DNA from: an uncultured Verrucomicrobia subdivision 3 bacterium
GTDB lineage: Bacteria > Verrucomicrobiota > Verrucomicrobiia > Limisphaerales > UBA11358
Length of the DNA: 64,000 nucleotides
Direction of reading: 5' to 3'
NCBI GenBank assembly: GCA_903895255.1
Contig: CAITTG010000049.1
Coordinates: forward strand, 30,080 to 94,079
Shown here: positions 17,481 to 28,700 of the stretch, in pieces
Numbering within the stretch: position 1 is the stretch's first letter
Layout of the letters: each line of letters starts with the position of its first letter
The notes under the pieces: generated by a model
Seen by the model: only the letters and a program-made list of their open reading frames with translations
What the model was told of the DNA's origin: nothing
Databases searched by the model: none
Translations under genes and position numbers: made by a program

Positions 17481-18386
17481 CTATACTCCAACTTTCTGAA
17501 AAAGTTCAGCGCTAAAACCTACAATTGCTTGCTTGATTCCTGACCGGGCGTAGCTGGTGTGTTCTATGGCAGAAGCTTCCCGTGCTGACTTTGGGATCGC
17601 TTTCGAGTGTGGAACCTCATTTGCAAATATTGGCCATCCATGTTCTTTTGCTAGTGTTCTCACTTCACGTACTGACAATTTTGCCTCCGGCCCTGGTTGG
17701 TAATCACCATGGTTGAAGACAACTCCAGCCATATTAATAACATGATCATCATTTTCACGGCGAAATGTTTCCAATGACCGGGCCAATAATGGAAGTCCTA
17801 TCGCCGCAAGGAATTCTGGCTTTACAGGAACAACTACATATCCACTTGCAAAATAAGCAATGTCAGTCAGTACCGATTCCGTCGGTGCACAATCAATTAT
17901 TACCAAGTCATAATCCGAGGCAACTTTAGCGAGGGCCTTCGCGAGTTTGCGTTCCTTTCCCGCTGGATTGCGAAGAACCCGTGACAGTTCCAATCGACAT
18001 GGCAAAAGGTGGAGGCACAAATTTTTCGACCATACATTTTTGATAATAACATCTTGAATTGTGACAGGTTGAGGCCCCGGGGCACCAAATGAAGCTGGTT
18101 GGTAATCCTCCAACAATTGCACAACCGTCGGCTTTGAGGCTTTCAAAAGCTTTACATATTCCGAGGGTCCTAAAAGGGCTTGGCTGAGATTAGATTGTGG
18201 GTCTAGGTCAATTGCAAGGACCCTTTTCTCGTTCCATGCTGCGTAAATGGCCGCTTGCATAGCAAGACTAGTTTTGCCGACCCCACCCTTCATATTAATA
18301 AAACTTACGTTTACAGACACATTTATCCTTTCATTTGGCGAGCGTGGCAAATTATATCGGCGCTGTGTCGAAACTGGCATCGCCAA
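17481..18386 (-). CDS. ParA/Soj/MinD-family P-loop ATPase
   Basis: Deviant Walker A INMKGGVGKTS, LAIDLDPQSNLSQ and IIDCAP motifs, 301 aa. Visibly AT-richer than its neighbours. Confidence 0.85.
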   Translation of the reverse strand: MAMPVSTQRRYNLPRSPNERINVSVNVSFINMKGGVGKTSLAMQAAIYAAWNEKRVLAIDLDPQSNLSQALLGPSEYVKLLKASKPTVVQLLEDYQPASFGAPGPQPVTIQDVIIKNVWSKNLCLHLLPCRLELSRVLRNPAGKERKLAKALAKVASDYDLVIIDCAPTESVLTDIAYFASGYVVVPVKPEFLAAIGLPLLARSLETFRRENDDHVINMAGVVFNHGDYQPGPEAKLSVREVRTLAKEHGWPIFANEVPHSKAIPKSAREASAIEHTSYARSGIKQAIVGFSAELFQKVGV

Positions 18387-18454
18387 CGCTTGCGGGTGCC
18401 AATAGTAATTTTAATTCAAGCGCTTGTCGAGTTTTTGTTTTTTGCTCATTGCCC

Positions 18455-21088
18455 TTAATGCCTCCTTAAATGCAACCGATGCTCCACCCGCTTGGTCTGC
18501 TTGTATTCCAGCGGCGGCAGGTCGGTCATGGTGGGCGATTCGGTTTCGGCCAGCAAGGTCCGGGCGCGGGCTTGCAGGTCGGTCCAGCGGGGCCAGTCAA
18601 GTTCGTTGGCATGGCTGATCTGGCGGAGCAGACTCCGCCATTCGATCACGATGCGGTCGATGTCCCCGGCCCCGAGCACGTCGGTGATCCACATGGCCTT
18701 GGCGGCGGGGTTTTGGTAAACGGACAAGACCACCGCGTCCGCCCCGGCGCCGTACTTGGGCGGCAGGCCGTTCTCCAAATAGCCCGGGATGGTCTGGTTG
18801 CCGTAGCACTGGTGGCACGCAAAGGCCAGGCGGCCGGACCACCGGGTGTCGTCCACGCTAAACCGGAAGCCGGCCTCCAGGTTGGCCAGGTCGTAGATTA
18901 ATTCGTCGAGCGGATATTTCTCGTCTTCCAAGGCGGCGGCGATGGCCAGGCCGTCGCCGGCGGAAAAGCAACTGACGATCTGTCCGCGCCGGGTGGGCAC
19001 GCCGGCGGCATCCACCAACCCGAGCCGGCGCCAGAGCATGGCCGTGCCGGTGGCGGCGGGCAGGGTGCGGCAGGTGGCCACGAGGTGGCACTGGGCGCAA
19101 TCATCCGGCATCACTTCGCGTGCGGGTGGTTTGTACAAGGCCACGCCGTGGACATCCACGAGCGCGCGCATGGGAAGTTCGGCGATACTGACCACGGCCA
19201 GAATTTGGTGCGCCTCGATTTCGTAGCGCACCAGCGGGGTCTTCTGATCTTTTAAGCGCGCGGCCACGAGCGGGGCGATTTCCGCGTCCCATTCGGTCCG
19301 GGTGGCCTGGCGGGCTTTCCAGTTGGTCAGGCGGCGAATCCATTTGGCCAGCGCCACCTGATCGCCGTTTAATAAATCCGCCACCGGAAAGCGGCGGCCA
19401 TGGACTTTTTGGCCGTCCGTTTCGGAAACCAGGCACAACTGGCCGAGGCCGACTTTGTCCACGGCTTCGGGGAGGCCGAGAATGGGGTGGAGGCGGGGCA
19501 GGGGGGCGGTGGCGTTGATTTCGGGATTAGTTTGCAAGGCGCCGCGCTCCGGGTCGCGACCATTGGGTGTGAGCGCATAGATCGTCCCCACCGGCCGCAG
19601 TTCCGGCGCGGGCAGCCGCTGCCATTCGCCCCGGCTGTTCTGGATTTCCCGGACCATCAGCTTCACATGCCGGGCACGCTCGGCATCGGTCTTCAAGCCG
19701 CAGGGCACGTCCGGATGTTTCAGCGATTCCTCCACGCCGAGAAAAATGGGTTTGGTGGTGAAGAGCCGCTCCTGCACGCGCACCGCCTCCGCGAAGGGAT
19801 CCAGTCCCTGACGTGCCGCCAGCGTCATCAAGCCCAGCAGCGCGCTCCAATCCACCGCCTGACTGCGCGACAAATGTCCGGGCCGGCCGTCCATGAGCCG
19901 CAATTCATTCGCGGCAATAATCACGAACCCCGTTTCATCCAGCCCGCGCCGGCCGGCGCGGCCGAACATTTGCAGGATTTCGTCCGGACGCAACGGTTGC
20001 TCCACATTATCCCGCCGGTACGTGGCCGCCGCCAGCGCCACGCTGCGCAGGGAAAAATTGATGCCCGCCGCCAGTCCCATCGTCGCCACGACCACCCGCA
20101 ACTGCCCCGCCTTGGCCAGCGGCTCAATCACCCCCGCCCGCACCCCATAACTCAAGCCGCTGTGATGATACACCACGCGCGTCGCCAGCATCTTCGCCAG
20201 ATGCTCCCCCGTCAGCGCTTTCTGCTCGGCGGTGAGCGCGAGCGGATTGGGATTGGGCAGATTGCGCGCGATCTCCGCCGCCATCGCCTCCGCCCCCTGC
20301 CGCCGGGGCGCAAACACCAGGAGCGGACCCAAATCCTCCGCCAGCGCCTTGGCCACCAGGCGCGGCCAGTAACCCTTGATCTCACTGGGCAGGGAATAGC
20401 TCAAACCGTTCGCCGCCACCTCCTCCAATGGCACCGGCCGCACATCCGACCGGATCAACTCCGCCGACCGCCCCAGTCGCCGCAACCATTTCACGACATC
20501 CTGCGGATTCGCCACACTGCCGCTGAGCAGGAGCAACTGCGTATAGGCGGGAGCCAGCGCCAGCGCGAGTTCATAATTCAACCCCCGGTCCGCGTCGCCG
20601 ATCATCTGGTACTCGTCCACCACCAACAGGGCCGGGCCGTCACCCCGCACCAAGCGGTCCTTCTGCGTTTCCAACGTGGCCACGAGGATGGGAGCGGAAA
20701 GATTTTCCGCCAGGTCGCCGGTGGCGATACCCACGTTCCAGCCGCGCGCGCGCCATTCGGCCAGCTTGTCATTAGCCAGCGCGCGGGTGGGCACGGTATA
20801 GATGGCCTGGCCGCGATTTTTCCCGCCGTTGGACCATAATTCAAAAATCAGCGTCTTGCCCGCCCCTGTGGGGGCGTGGACCACCACGTCCCGGCCCGCG
20901 CGCAGCGCGGCCACAGCCTGCTGCTGCCAGAGGTCGGGCAGCGTCACCTGGTTCAGGTTCGCGGGAAGTTGTTCGGCAATCGTGGCCACGGCGGGAGGAT
21001 AAAAGCCGGCGGCCGGGCGGGGGAAGCTCCAAGTGCCAAAATCCCACTGTGCATTTTCGCTAAAACAGCTGCGAACCGGCCCAGGCAT
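18455..21088 (-). CDS. Ski2-like/DExH-type superfamily-2 helicase with an uncharacterised Cys-motif C-terminal domain
   Basis: Motif I HAPTGAGKT, motif Ia YTVPTRALANDK, motif II VVDEYQ, motif VI QMFGRAGRRG. The C-terminal ~250 aa carries CAQCH...C and CHQC. Confidence 0.85.
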   Translation of the reverse strand: MPGPVRSCFSENAQWDFGTWSFPRPAAGFYPPAVATIAEQLPANLNQVTLPDLWQQQAVAALRAGRDVVVHAPTGAGKTLIFELWSNGGKNRGQAIYTVPTRALANDKLAEWRARGWNVGIATGDLAENLSAPILVATLETQKDRLVRGDGPALLVVDEYQMIGDADRGLNYELALALAPAYTQLLLLSGSVANPQDVVKWLRRLGRSAELIRSDVRPVPLEEVAANGLSYSLPSEIKGYWPRLVAKALAEDLGPLLVFAPRRQGAEAMAAEIARNLPNPNPLALTAEQKALTGEHLAKMLATRVVYHHSGLSYGVRAGVIEPLAKAGQLRVVVATMGLAAGINFSLRSVALAAATYRRDNVEQPLRPDEILQMFGRAGRRGLDETGFVIIAANELRLMDGRPGHLSRSQAVDWSALLGLMTLAARQGLDPFAEAVRVQERLFTTKPIFLGVEESLKHPDVPCGLKTDAERARHVKLMVREIQNSRGEWQRLPAPELRPVGTIYALTPNGRDPERGALQTNPEINATAPLPRLHPILGLPEAVDKVGLGQLCLVSETDGQKVHGRRFPVADLLNGDQVALAKWIRRLTNWKARQATRTEWDAEIAPLVAARLKDQKTPLVRYEIEAHQILAVVSIAELPMRALVDVHGVALYKPPAREVMPDDCAQCHLVATCRTLPAATGTAMLWRRLGLVDAAGVPTRRGQIVSCFSAGDGLAIAAALEDEKYPLDELIYDLANLEAGFRFSVDDTRWSGRLAFACHQCYGNQTIPGYLENGLPPKYGAGADAVVLSVYQNPAAKAMWITDVLGAGDIDRIVIEWRSLLRQISHANELDWPRWTDLQARARTLLAETESPTMTDLPPLEYKQTKRVEHRLHLRRH

Positions 21089-21225
21089 ATGCGAATTTCA
21101 AAGAATCGCTGCCGCCTCCCCCGCCTCATACAAACATCCGATGGAACAACCAAGTCAATTGGTTAACTTGGTTACTAAGCCCAGTCAAAAAAGCAAACCA
21201 AACGTTTATTCACCCATTATTACCC

Positions 21226-24200
21226 TTGTTTATGCAACCCCATCACAAGCTAATGGCCGCGTGCCTGTCCGCCCTGGCCCTGACCCTGAGTCTCCGAACG
21301 GCCCCGGCTGCCACCATCACCAATGCCGACACGTCTGCCACCCTCAACCTGGGCACCGCCTGGGTGGGCGGCGTGGTCCCGGGCTCTGCCAATGTCGTCG
21401 TGTGGGACAATAACGTGCAAGTAAACCTCTCCAAGACCCTCGGCGCCAGTGCCGCTTGGGCGGGCATTCAAGAACTGAATCCCGGTGGACCGGTCGTCAT
21501 CGGCGCGGATGGCAGCACCCTCACGCTGGGGGCTTCGGGCATTGACCTGAGCCAGGCCACGACTGGCCTCACGCTGAACAACCTGGTCTCCCTGGGGGCC
21601 GCGCAAACCTGGAATGTCGCCGGTGGCCAGACGCTGACCCTGGGCGGGGTGGTTTCCGGCTCCAGCCCGCTGACTTTGAATAGTGGCGGCACCACCACGG
21701 GCACGATCATTTTAAATGGGGCGGATACTTACACCGGCGGCACTCTGATCAACAGCGGCATTGTGGTGCCGGGCGTGGCCGCCAGCTTTGGCACGGCCGG
21801 GGTCACCAATAATACCGGCACCATTCTCCTATCCACCCTGGCTTCGGGCGGCATCATCGCCAATACGTTCACCATCAAAGGGAATACGTTGCTGGACCTG
21901 AACAATCGCGGTGTTTCCCAGGTGCTGGACGGTGCCTTCTCCGGCACCGGGACCATCTATGTCACCAATTTGACTTCCAGTGCCGCCACGCTGACGCTTG
22001 GCGGGAATGGCAATGGTGGCGGCAGCTTTAATGCCTTCACCGGCTCGCTCATCGTGGTTTCCAATGCCTCCGGCACGGCCAGCGCGGGCACCATCCGGTT
22101 CAACAACGGTGGCGGCAGTCCCAACCTGGGCAACGCCGGGATGATTCTGGACCTGGGGAATGGCAGTGTCCATTTTACCGAAAAGAACAGCGGGCAGACC
22201 ACCACGTTTGGGGCGCTCTACGGCGGCAACAACACCCAGCTCGCGCAGCCGGAGAATTACGTCATCGGCGCGTTGAACTTGAACACGCTGTTCGCGGGCA
22301 CCATTACCGGCGCCGCCTCGTCCCTCACCAAAAACGGCACCGGCACCCTGACGCTTACCGGCAATAATGCCAACACCGGCACCACCACCGTCAACGCGGG
22401 CGCCCTCCAGATCGGTGATGGCGTCACCATCGGCCAGGGTGCCCTGGGCACCGGGGCGATCACCATTAATGCCAATGGCACGCTGATCTATAACAAACCG
22501 GACGCATTCACCGTGAACAACAACATCAGCGGCGCCGGGGCGCTTATCCAGCTGAATGCCAGCACCTTCACCTACGGTGGCACCGACTCGGCCTCCGGCA
22601 CCTTGACCGTCAGCGGGGGCACGCTGGCCCTGGGTTCCTCCGGCGCGATCAATTCCCCGGTGGCGCTGGCCAGCGGCACAACCTACGACGTTTCCGCCAA
22701 CACCGCGTTCACCCTCACCTCCAGCCTGTCCGGTTCGGGCACGGTGAACGGGTTGCTGACCACTGCGGGTGGCACCCTCAATCCCGGCGGCACCGCCGCG
22801 GCGGGAACGCTGACCTTCGCCAGCGGGTTGAACGAAAACGGGAATGTGAACAACCAGTTCGAACTCTCCTCGCCCACGGGCACTAACGACCTCATCAATA
22901 TCACCGGCGATCTGACACTCACCGGCACCAACAACATCCTGCTGGGCCACTTCGGCGGCGGCAATATTCCGAATGGCACCTATCCGCTCGTCAATTTCAG
23001 CGGCAATTTTAATGGCAACCTCAGCCAGCTCGCCGTGACGGTGGCTGGCGTCAAGGGCACTCTGAACCTGCTCTCTCATCAGCTCACCGTCACCATCAGC
23101 CCCAATATTCGTGGTTCCCTGCCGCTCACCTGGGTGGGCGATGGCGCGGCCAATGACTGGGACCTCGTCAGCAGCAACTGGGTCAACGGCGCCACTCATT
23201 ACAACTTTCTGGCGGGCGACAGTGCCATCTTTAACAACACCGGTCTGCCGAATTCCAACGTCACCGTGGTGACCCTGGTGGCCCCGGCCTCGGTGCTGTT
23301 CAACGGCACCGGCAATTATGTGCTCGCCGGCAACTACGGCGTGGCGGATTCGTCCACCCCCTCCTCCCTGACCCTGACCAATTCCGGGACGCTGGCCATT
23401 TATGCCACCAATACTTACACCGGGCCGACGGTGGTCGGTGGCGGCACGCTGGCGGTCTATAATCTGGCCAATGGCGGTTCGCCCAGCGCCATCGGCGCGG
23501 CCTTGAGCAATCCCACCAACCTCGTGTTCTACGGCTCCACGCTGGCTTATGATGGCCCCTCTGCCGCCACGGATCGTGGCGCGACCCTGCTGGGCACGGG
23601 TGCCACCTTCGACATCACGAACGGGGTGGACCTGACCGAAAATGGCACCTTGACGGGGCCGGGCGCCCTCACGGTCGTGGACACCGGCACGCTCACCTTC
23701 AGTGGGGCGAACACCTACACCGGGGGCACCGTGGTCAGCAATGCCACCCTCGCCGCCGCCACCCAGTTGGCGAATGTTTCCGCGTTCGGTCCCACCAACA
23801 GCCCCATCACCCTGCTGGGCGGCACCCTGATTTTGCAGAACAGCACGCATGATGACGGCGCCACCTTCGTTTACTCGTTTTTCAATCCCCTCATCGTTCC
23901 GGCCGGGCAAACCGGCTACTTGAATGTGTTTCAGCGCGGCGATGAAAATGGCGCTTTAACGGGTGGGGGTGTCCTGAACATCAGTTCCCTGGGCGCCCGG
24001 GCCGGTTTTGCCGGCAACTGGTCCGCTTTTACCGGCACCCTCAATATCACGGGCACGTTCCGCATCGCCAATACCTACGGGTATACCAATGCGGTGATCT
24101 ATCTGAACACGGGCGCGGATTTGGATGGCGGTTCCTCCGGCGGCGCTTACTCCTCCAACCCCACGTTTAATATCGGGGAGCTGGACGGGGTGGGCACGGT

Positions 24201-25161
24201 GGGCGCGACCAGCAAGCCCACGCCTTATCCCATCTGGCAGGTGGGCTGGTTGAACACCACCAGCGTTTTTGCCGGGACGATTCAGGATGCCGCCGGCGGC
24301 CAGTCCTCCATCAGCAAGGTCGGCACCGGCACCTGGTACTTGTCGGGCGTGAACACTTACTCGGGCACCACCACCATCAATGCCGGGGTGCTGGCCCTGA
24401 CGAACAACGTCAATACCGGCGCGGATGGCTCCATTGCCAACAGCACCAATATTTTCATCAACACTGGCGCGGCGCTGGATCTCTCCGGCACGCTCAATGA
24501 CAGTGACACGTTCTTCCTCGGGGCCAGCCAGGTGCTCAGCGGTTATGGCACCCTGCGCGGCCTGCTGGACACCACCTCCGGCGGCACGGTCACGGGCGGC
24601 GGCGGACTCGCCGGCGGCGTGGGCGTCCTGACCGTCACGAACAGCATCAATCTCGGTGGCGTGGCCTGGCTGAAACTAAACCGCGCCAGCAGCCCGAACA
24701 GCGACCGCCTGGTCTCCTCCACCGCCGGCCTCATCAATTATGGCGGCACGCTGCTGCTGACCAACGTTGGCCCGCGTCTGCAGGTGGGCGACAGCTTTAC
24801 CCTGTTTGGCGCCCGGATGCTCACCGGCTCCTTTAGCTCGGTGGTGCTGCCTAATTATTACACCTTTAACACCAGCCAGCTTGCGGTCAGCGGCCGGGTC
24901 AGTGTCACCGGCGTGTCCCCGGCGCCGGCCATCACCAGTGTGGACTACAGCCAGCTCGCCAATGGCACGCTCACCCTCCACTCCACCGGCGGCGTGGCCA
25001 ACGGCGCGGTCACGGTGCTCGCCACCACCAACCTCGCCCTCCCGCTGGCCAGTTGGACGACGGCGGCCACCGGCAACTTTGATGCCAGCGGGAATTTAAG
25101 CCAGCCGGTCACCGTGGACCCCGCGCTGCCGCAGCAGTATTTCCTCCTGCAATCCTATTAA
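21226..25161 (+). CDS. giant secreted autotransporter-associated beta-strand repeat (PATR) protein 1
   Basis: Signal peptide, then many ~30-aa GxGTLTLxGxNTYTGxTxVxxGxL repeats. There is no C-terminal beta-barrel. It ends in ...TTNLALPLASWTTAATGNFDASGN...QQYFLLQSY. Confidence 0.9.
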   Translation: MFMQPHHKLMAACLSALALTLSLRTAPAATITNADTSATLNLGTAWVGGVVPGSANVVVWDNNVQVNLSKTLGASAAWAGIQELNPGGPVVIGADGSTLTLGASGIDLSQATTGLTLNNLVSLGAAQTWNVAGGQTLTLGGVVSGSSPLTLNSGGTTTGTIILNGADTYTGGTLINSGIVVPGVAASFGTAGVTNNTGTILLSTLASGGIIANTFTIKGNTLLDLNNRGVSQVLDGAFSGTGTIYVTNLTSSAATLTLGGNGNGGGSFNAFTGSLIVVSNASGTASAGTIRFNNGGGSPNLGNAGMILDLGNGSVHFTEKNSGQTTTFGALYGGNNTQLAQPENYVIGALNLNTLFAGTITGAASSLTKNGTGTLTLTGNNANTGTTTVNAGALQIGDGVTIGQGALGTGAITINANGTLIYNKPDAFTVNNNISGAGALIQLNASTFTYGGTDSASGTLTVSGGTLALGSSGAINSPVALASGTTYDVSANTAFTLTSSLSGSGTVNGLLTTAGGTLNPGGTAAAGTLTFASGLNENGNVNNQFELSSPTGTNDLINITGDLTLTGTNNILLGHFGGGNIPNGTYPLVNFSGNFNGNLSQLAVTVAGVKGTLNLLSHQLTVTISPNIRGSLPLTWVGDGAANDWDLVSSNWVNGATHYNFLAGDSAIFNNTGLPNSNVTVVTLVAPASVLFNGTGNYVLAGNYGVADSSTPSSLTLTNSGTLAIYATNTYTGPTVVGGGTLAVYNLANGGSPSAIGAALSNPTNLVFYGSTLAYDGPSAATDRGATLLGTGATFDITNGVDLTENGTLTGPGALTVVDTGTLTFSGANTYTGGTVVSNATLAAATQLANVSAFGPTNSPITLLGGTLILQNSTHDDGATFVYSFFNPLIVPAGQTGYLNVFQRGDENGALTGGGVLNISSLGARAGFAGNWSAFTGTLNITGTFRIANTYGYTNAVIYLNTGADLDGGSSGGAYSSNPTFNIGELDGVGTVGATSKPTPYPIWQVGWLNTTSVFAGTIQDAAGGQSSISKVGTGTWYLSGVNTYSGTTTINAGVLALTNNVNTGADGSIANSTNIFINTGAALDLSGTLNDSDTFFLGASQVLSGYGTLRGLLDTTSGGTVTGGGGLAGGVGVLTVTNSINLGGVAWLKLNRASSPNSDRLVSSTAGLINYGGTLLLTNVGPRLQVGDSFTLFGARMLTGSFSSVVLPNYYTFNTSQLAVSGRVSVTGVSPAPAITSVDYSQLANGTLTLHSTGGVANGAVTVLATTNLALPLASWTTAATGNFDASGNLSQPVTVDPALPQQYFLLQSY

Positions 25162-25218
25162 CCCGGCGGCGGCGGGTGCCGGCCGGATGCCCGGTCATTT
25201 GGGGTGATGGGAAAACGA

Positions 25219-25279
25219 GGCCCCGGGTTTTTTATGCGCGGAAAATATAGCTGCGCGGAAAAATCCGGGGCCGGTTTTT
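25219..25279 (+). terminator. long hairpin plus T-run downstream of PATR-1
   Basis: GGCCCCGGGTTTTTT ... AAAAATCCGGGGCC followed by GGTTTTTCC. Conserved with the PATR-2 3' flank. Confidence 0.45.
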
Positions 25280-25296
25280 CCGCTGGGTGACCGAGG

Positions 25297-25497
25297 CTAA
25301 GCCGGAACTATTCATTTCAACCGCAGGTGAACGCGGATGAACGCAGATAAAACCATGGGGTAGGCAAGGGTTTGACCCGATATTGATCGAGAACTATTTG
25401 GTGCGTCATTTTTTCTCGCTTTCCGCCTTTCCCCATCTGCGTGAATCTGCGTGAATCTGCGGTTAATGTCCTTTTCAACTGAATTGTTCCGGCTAAG
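25297..25497. repeat. 201-bp MITE-like inverted-repeat element, copy 3
   Basis: Same 201-bp length and termini (CTAAGCCGGAAC...CCGGCTAAG). Its core is nearly identical to copy 2. Confidence 0.85.
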
Positions 25498-25704
25498 AGG
25501 CTCTGCTCATTGGTGTTCCCCCCCCTCCCGCGGGGCCTTTCCCCCTGGTTGTCGACGCGCTCAGACAAACATCCGATGGACGGTTGTGCCCTGCGGCTTT
25601 AGAGTCAGTCCAGATACCCGCTGTGCAACCCAACAACGCAACATTTTGTGTTCAAAAAGTTTCCGCGCCATGACGGCGCCAGCGTTCCCGTCTCCTGTCC
25701 ACCC

Positions 25705-28700
25705 ATGAAACCCAAGCAAACCCCCAAAAATACTCTTTTAAAAACCACCACCCTGCTCGGCGTCCTGGGCACGCTGGCGGTGCTGCCGCTCTCGGCTCAA
25801 GTCACCGCCACCTGGACTGGTCCCGCTGCGGGCGGCGAATGGAACACCGCCGCCAGTTGGAGCACGCTCCTGGCGCCGGGAATTGATGCCAATCAAACCA
25901 CCAACGCCTTCATCGGAGCGGGCACCAATGTCAGTTACAATCTGCCCATGGCGGCCGGCGGCTTTGGCTCGCTCACGGAAAACGGCACGCTGAACGTCAA
26001 CGCGGCCGGCTTCAACCTCATCAGCGTGGTCGAAATCAATCCCGGGGGCACCGGCAAGTTCTTTATCAACAGCGGCGCGGTGATGCATGTCACGAATACG
26101 TTTGGTGTCAGCTCCAATTCCTTTGTTTCCCTGGCGGTCGGCAGTTCCCTGACGGTCGGGGGCAACCTGATTGTCGGCTCCGGCAACACGGGCGGCACGA
26201 GCGGTGCCACCCCCGGATCCTCCGCGCTGATGACTAACTTTGGCGGCGCCCTGACGGCGTCGAGTACTTTGTTGAACCCCGGCAATGGCAGCATCTCCTC
26301 CGCCTGCCGGTTGGTGATCGCGGGCGGCACGAACAATCTGGGGGCCTTCTCCATGCAACGCGGCGTGGGCGCGGCCAATGCCCCCCTGGCGCTGGGTCAG
26401 GACGGCCTGGTGATCAGCAATGGTTTCGTGAACACCACCAGTATTTCCGTGGGGAACAATGCCCACGGCATTATGTATTTGGTGAATGGCACGGTGACGA
26501 ATAACGGGGCCTTCACGCTGAAAAACGCCACGGTCAACCGCCCGGCCCGGTTCCTCCAAACCGGCGGTCTGTTCGTCAACGCGGATCCCAACTTGATTTC
26601 GCCGACGCCTTCCACCACGGGCGACACGGTTTACACCGTGACGGGCGGCACCAACCAGATCTACGGCATTTCCTTCCTCGGCGCGGGCACGGATTACTTT
26701 ACCAATAGCGGCAGCATCTTTGTGGGTGCCGGTGGCATTCAGGGCAACGGCGCGGTGGCCATCAACGCCCAGCTCAACAGCGGCGGCTTGTTCGGCGCTT
26801 ACGCGGCCTGGACCGGCTCCGTGGCGATGCGGCTCAGCGGCGGCACGTTCACTTTCCAAACGACCGACATCAATGGCACGGTCAATAATATCGACTACTC
26901 CGGCGTGTTGAGCGGTCCGGGTGCGCTAAGCAAAACGGGTGCTGGCACGCTGCTCTTGGGCGGGGCCAATACCTATTCCGGCAATACTCTCATCAATGCG
27001 GGCACACTGGCCCTGGATGTCAGTGGTTCGCTCACCAGCGGCAAAATCGCGGTGGCCCCTGGTGCGACCTTCGACGTTTCGGCGGTGAGCGGCGGTTATT
27101 TTCTCCAAAACCAGACCCTCCTCGGTTACGGCACGGTCAATGGCGCGGTTTCGGTATCCTCCGGCGCGGTGGTGAATCCCGGCAGTAACAGTGTCACCGG
27201 CACGCTCACCATCAATGGTGCGCTGACGGAAACGAACGGGGCCATTAACACGTTCTATCTGTCCAGCAACCCGGCGGGTCCGAACAACGATCTGTTGTCG
27301 GTCGGCGGGGACTTGGATGTCAGTGGCACCAACATCGTCTCCGTTTCCGGCTCCCTGCCGAGCGGCTCCACTTACAAGCTGATTTCCTACACCGGCAACT
27401 TTAATGGCGGTATCTCGAACTTCGCCCTCGCCGGGGTGGTCGGGGTCCTGACCAATGATGCGGTCGCCAAATCCATTTCGCTCATCGCTCTGGCCACGAC
27501 GCGCGGGCCGGCCAGCACCGTCTGGCTGGGCAATCCTTTGAACACCAACTGGGATACCAGCGTGAGCACCAATTGGTTGTACGCCGGGGCCCCCAACTAT
27601 TTCATCCTCGGCGACAGCGTCAACTTCACGGACGTGGGCGCTTCCAATGGTCCGATCAATCTGGTGAACTCGCTCTATCCGTCGGCGGTGACCGTCAATT
27701 CCACCTCCAATTATGTTTTCGCCGGTAACGGCGTCATTGCGGGCAGCACTGGCCTCACCAAGACCAACACGGGCACCCTCACCATCCTCACCACCAACAG
27801 CTACACCGGCCTCACCGCGATTAACGGCGGCACGGTGGCGATTAACAATCTGCCCATCGGTGGTTTGCCCGGTCCGCTGGGCGCGGCCACCAGCGATCCC
27901 GGCAACCTGGCCATTAGCAATGCGACGTTGAGCTATTTCGGGGCGAACACCACCTCGGATCGCGGCGCCACGCTGGGCGGCACGGCCACGCTGGATATTA
28001 TTGGCGGCACCACCCTGACCCTGAGCGGCGCGTTGCAAGGCGGCGGCAATCTCACGCTGGTGGACAGCGGCACACTGATTCTCTCGGGCCCGAATTCCTA
28101 CACCGGCGTCACCACCATCAGCAACGGGGTGCTGGAAATCAGCACTCTGGCCAATGCCTTGGGGGCCAACACGGTGAACCTGGCGGGCGGCACGCTCAGC
28201 TTCACCGGGGTGGGCGGGCAGCCGACGTTTGCCAGCGCCCTGAACGTGGTCACCAACAGCACTGTGGTTTCCGGCGGCAACGATATTTTGACCGGGGCCT
28301 GGACGGGCGCGACCAACGTCACCTTGAACCTGTCCATCCCGGGTTCGGGCAACACTTTTAGCATTAACGGCAACCTCACCAACTTCTTGGGCACCGTGGA
28401 ACTCGGCACCAGCGCCGGGAGCTTCCGGTTTAATGCCAGCGGGGGCAACACCATGCTGGGTGGACCCAATACCATCTTCGATCTGGGCACCGGTACCGCC
28501 ACGCTCACCGCGCGCAATCCCGGGACGCTCGCCTTGGGTGCTCTGGAAGGCGGTGCCAGCACGATTCTGACCGGTCCCGGCTCCACCGCCGGCACGCTCA
28601 TCTGGCAGATCGGTTCCAGCACGAATCAGCCCAACTCCATTTTCTATGGCAACATCACCAAGACCCCCAATGCCAATGAAATCCTCGGCATTACCAAGGT

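Noticed and set aside
18387-18454. 12-codon mini-ORF (MSKKQKLDKRLN) on the minus strand between the helicase and the ParA-like gene, as a possible leader peptide
   Set aside because: It is too short and unsupported, with no attenuator-like alternative structures evident.
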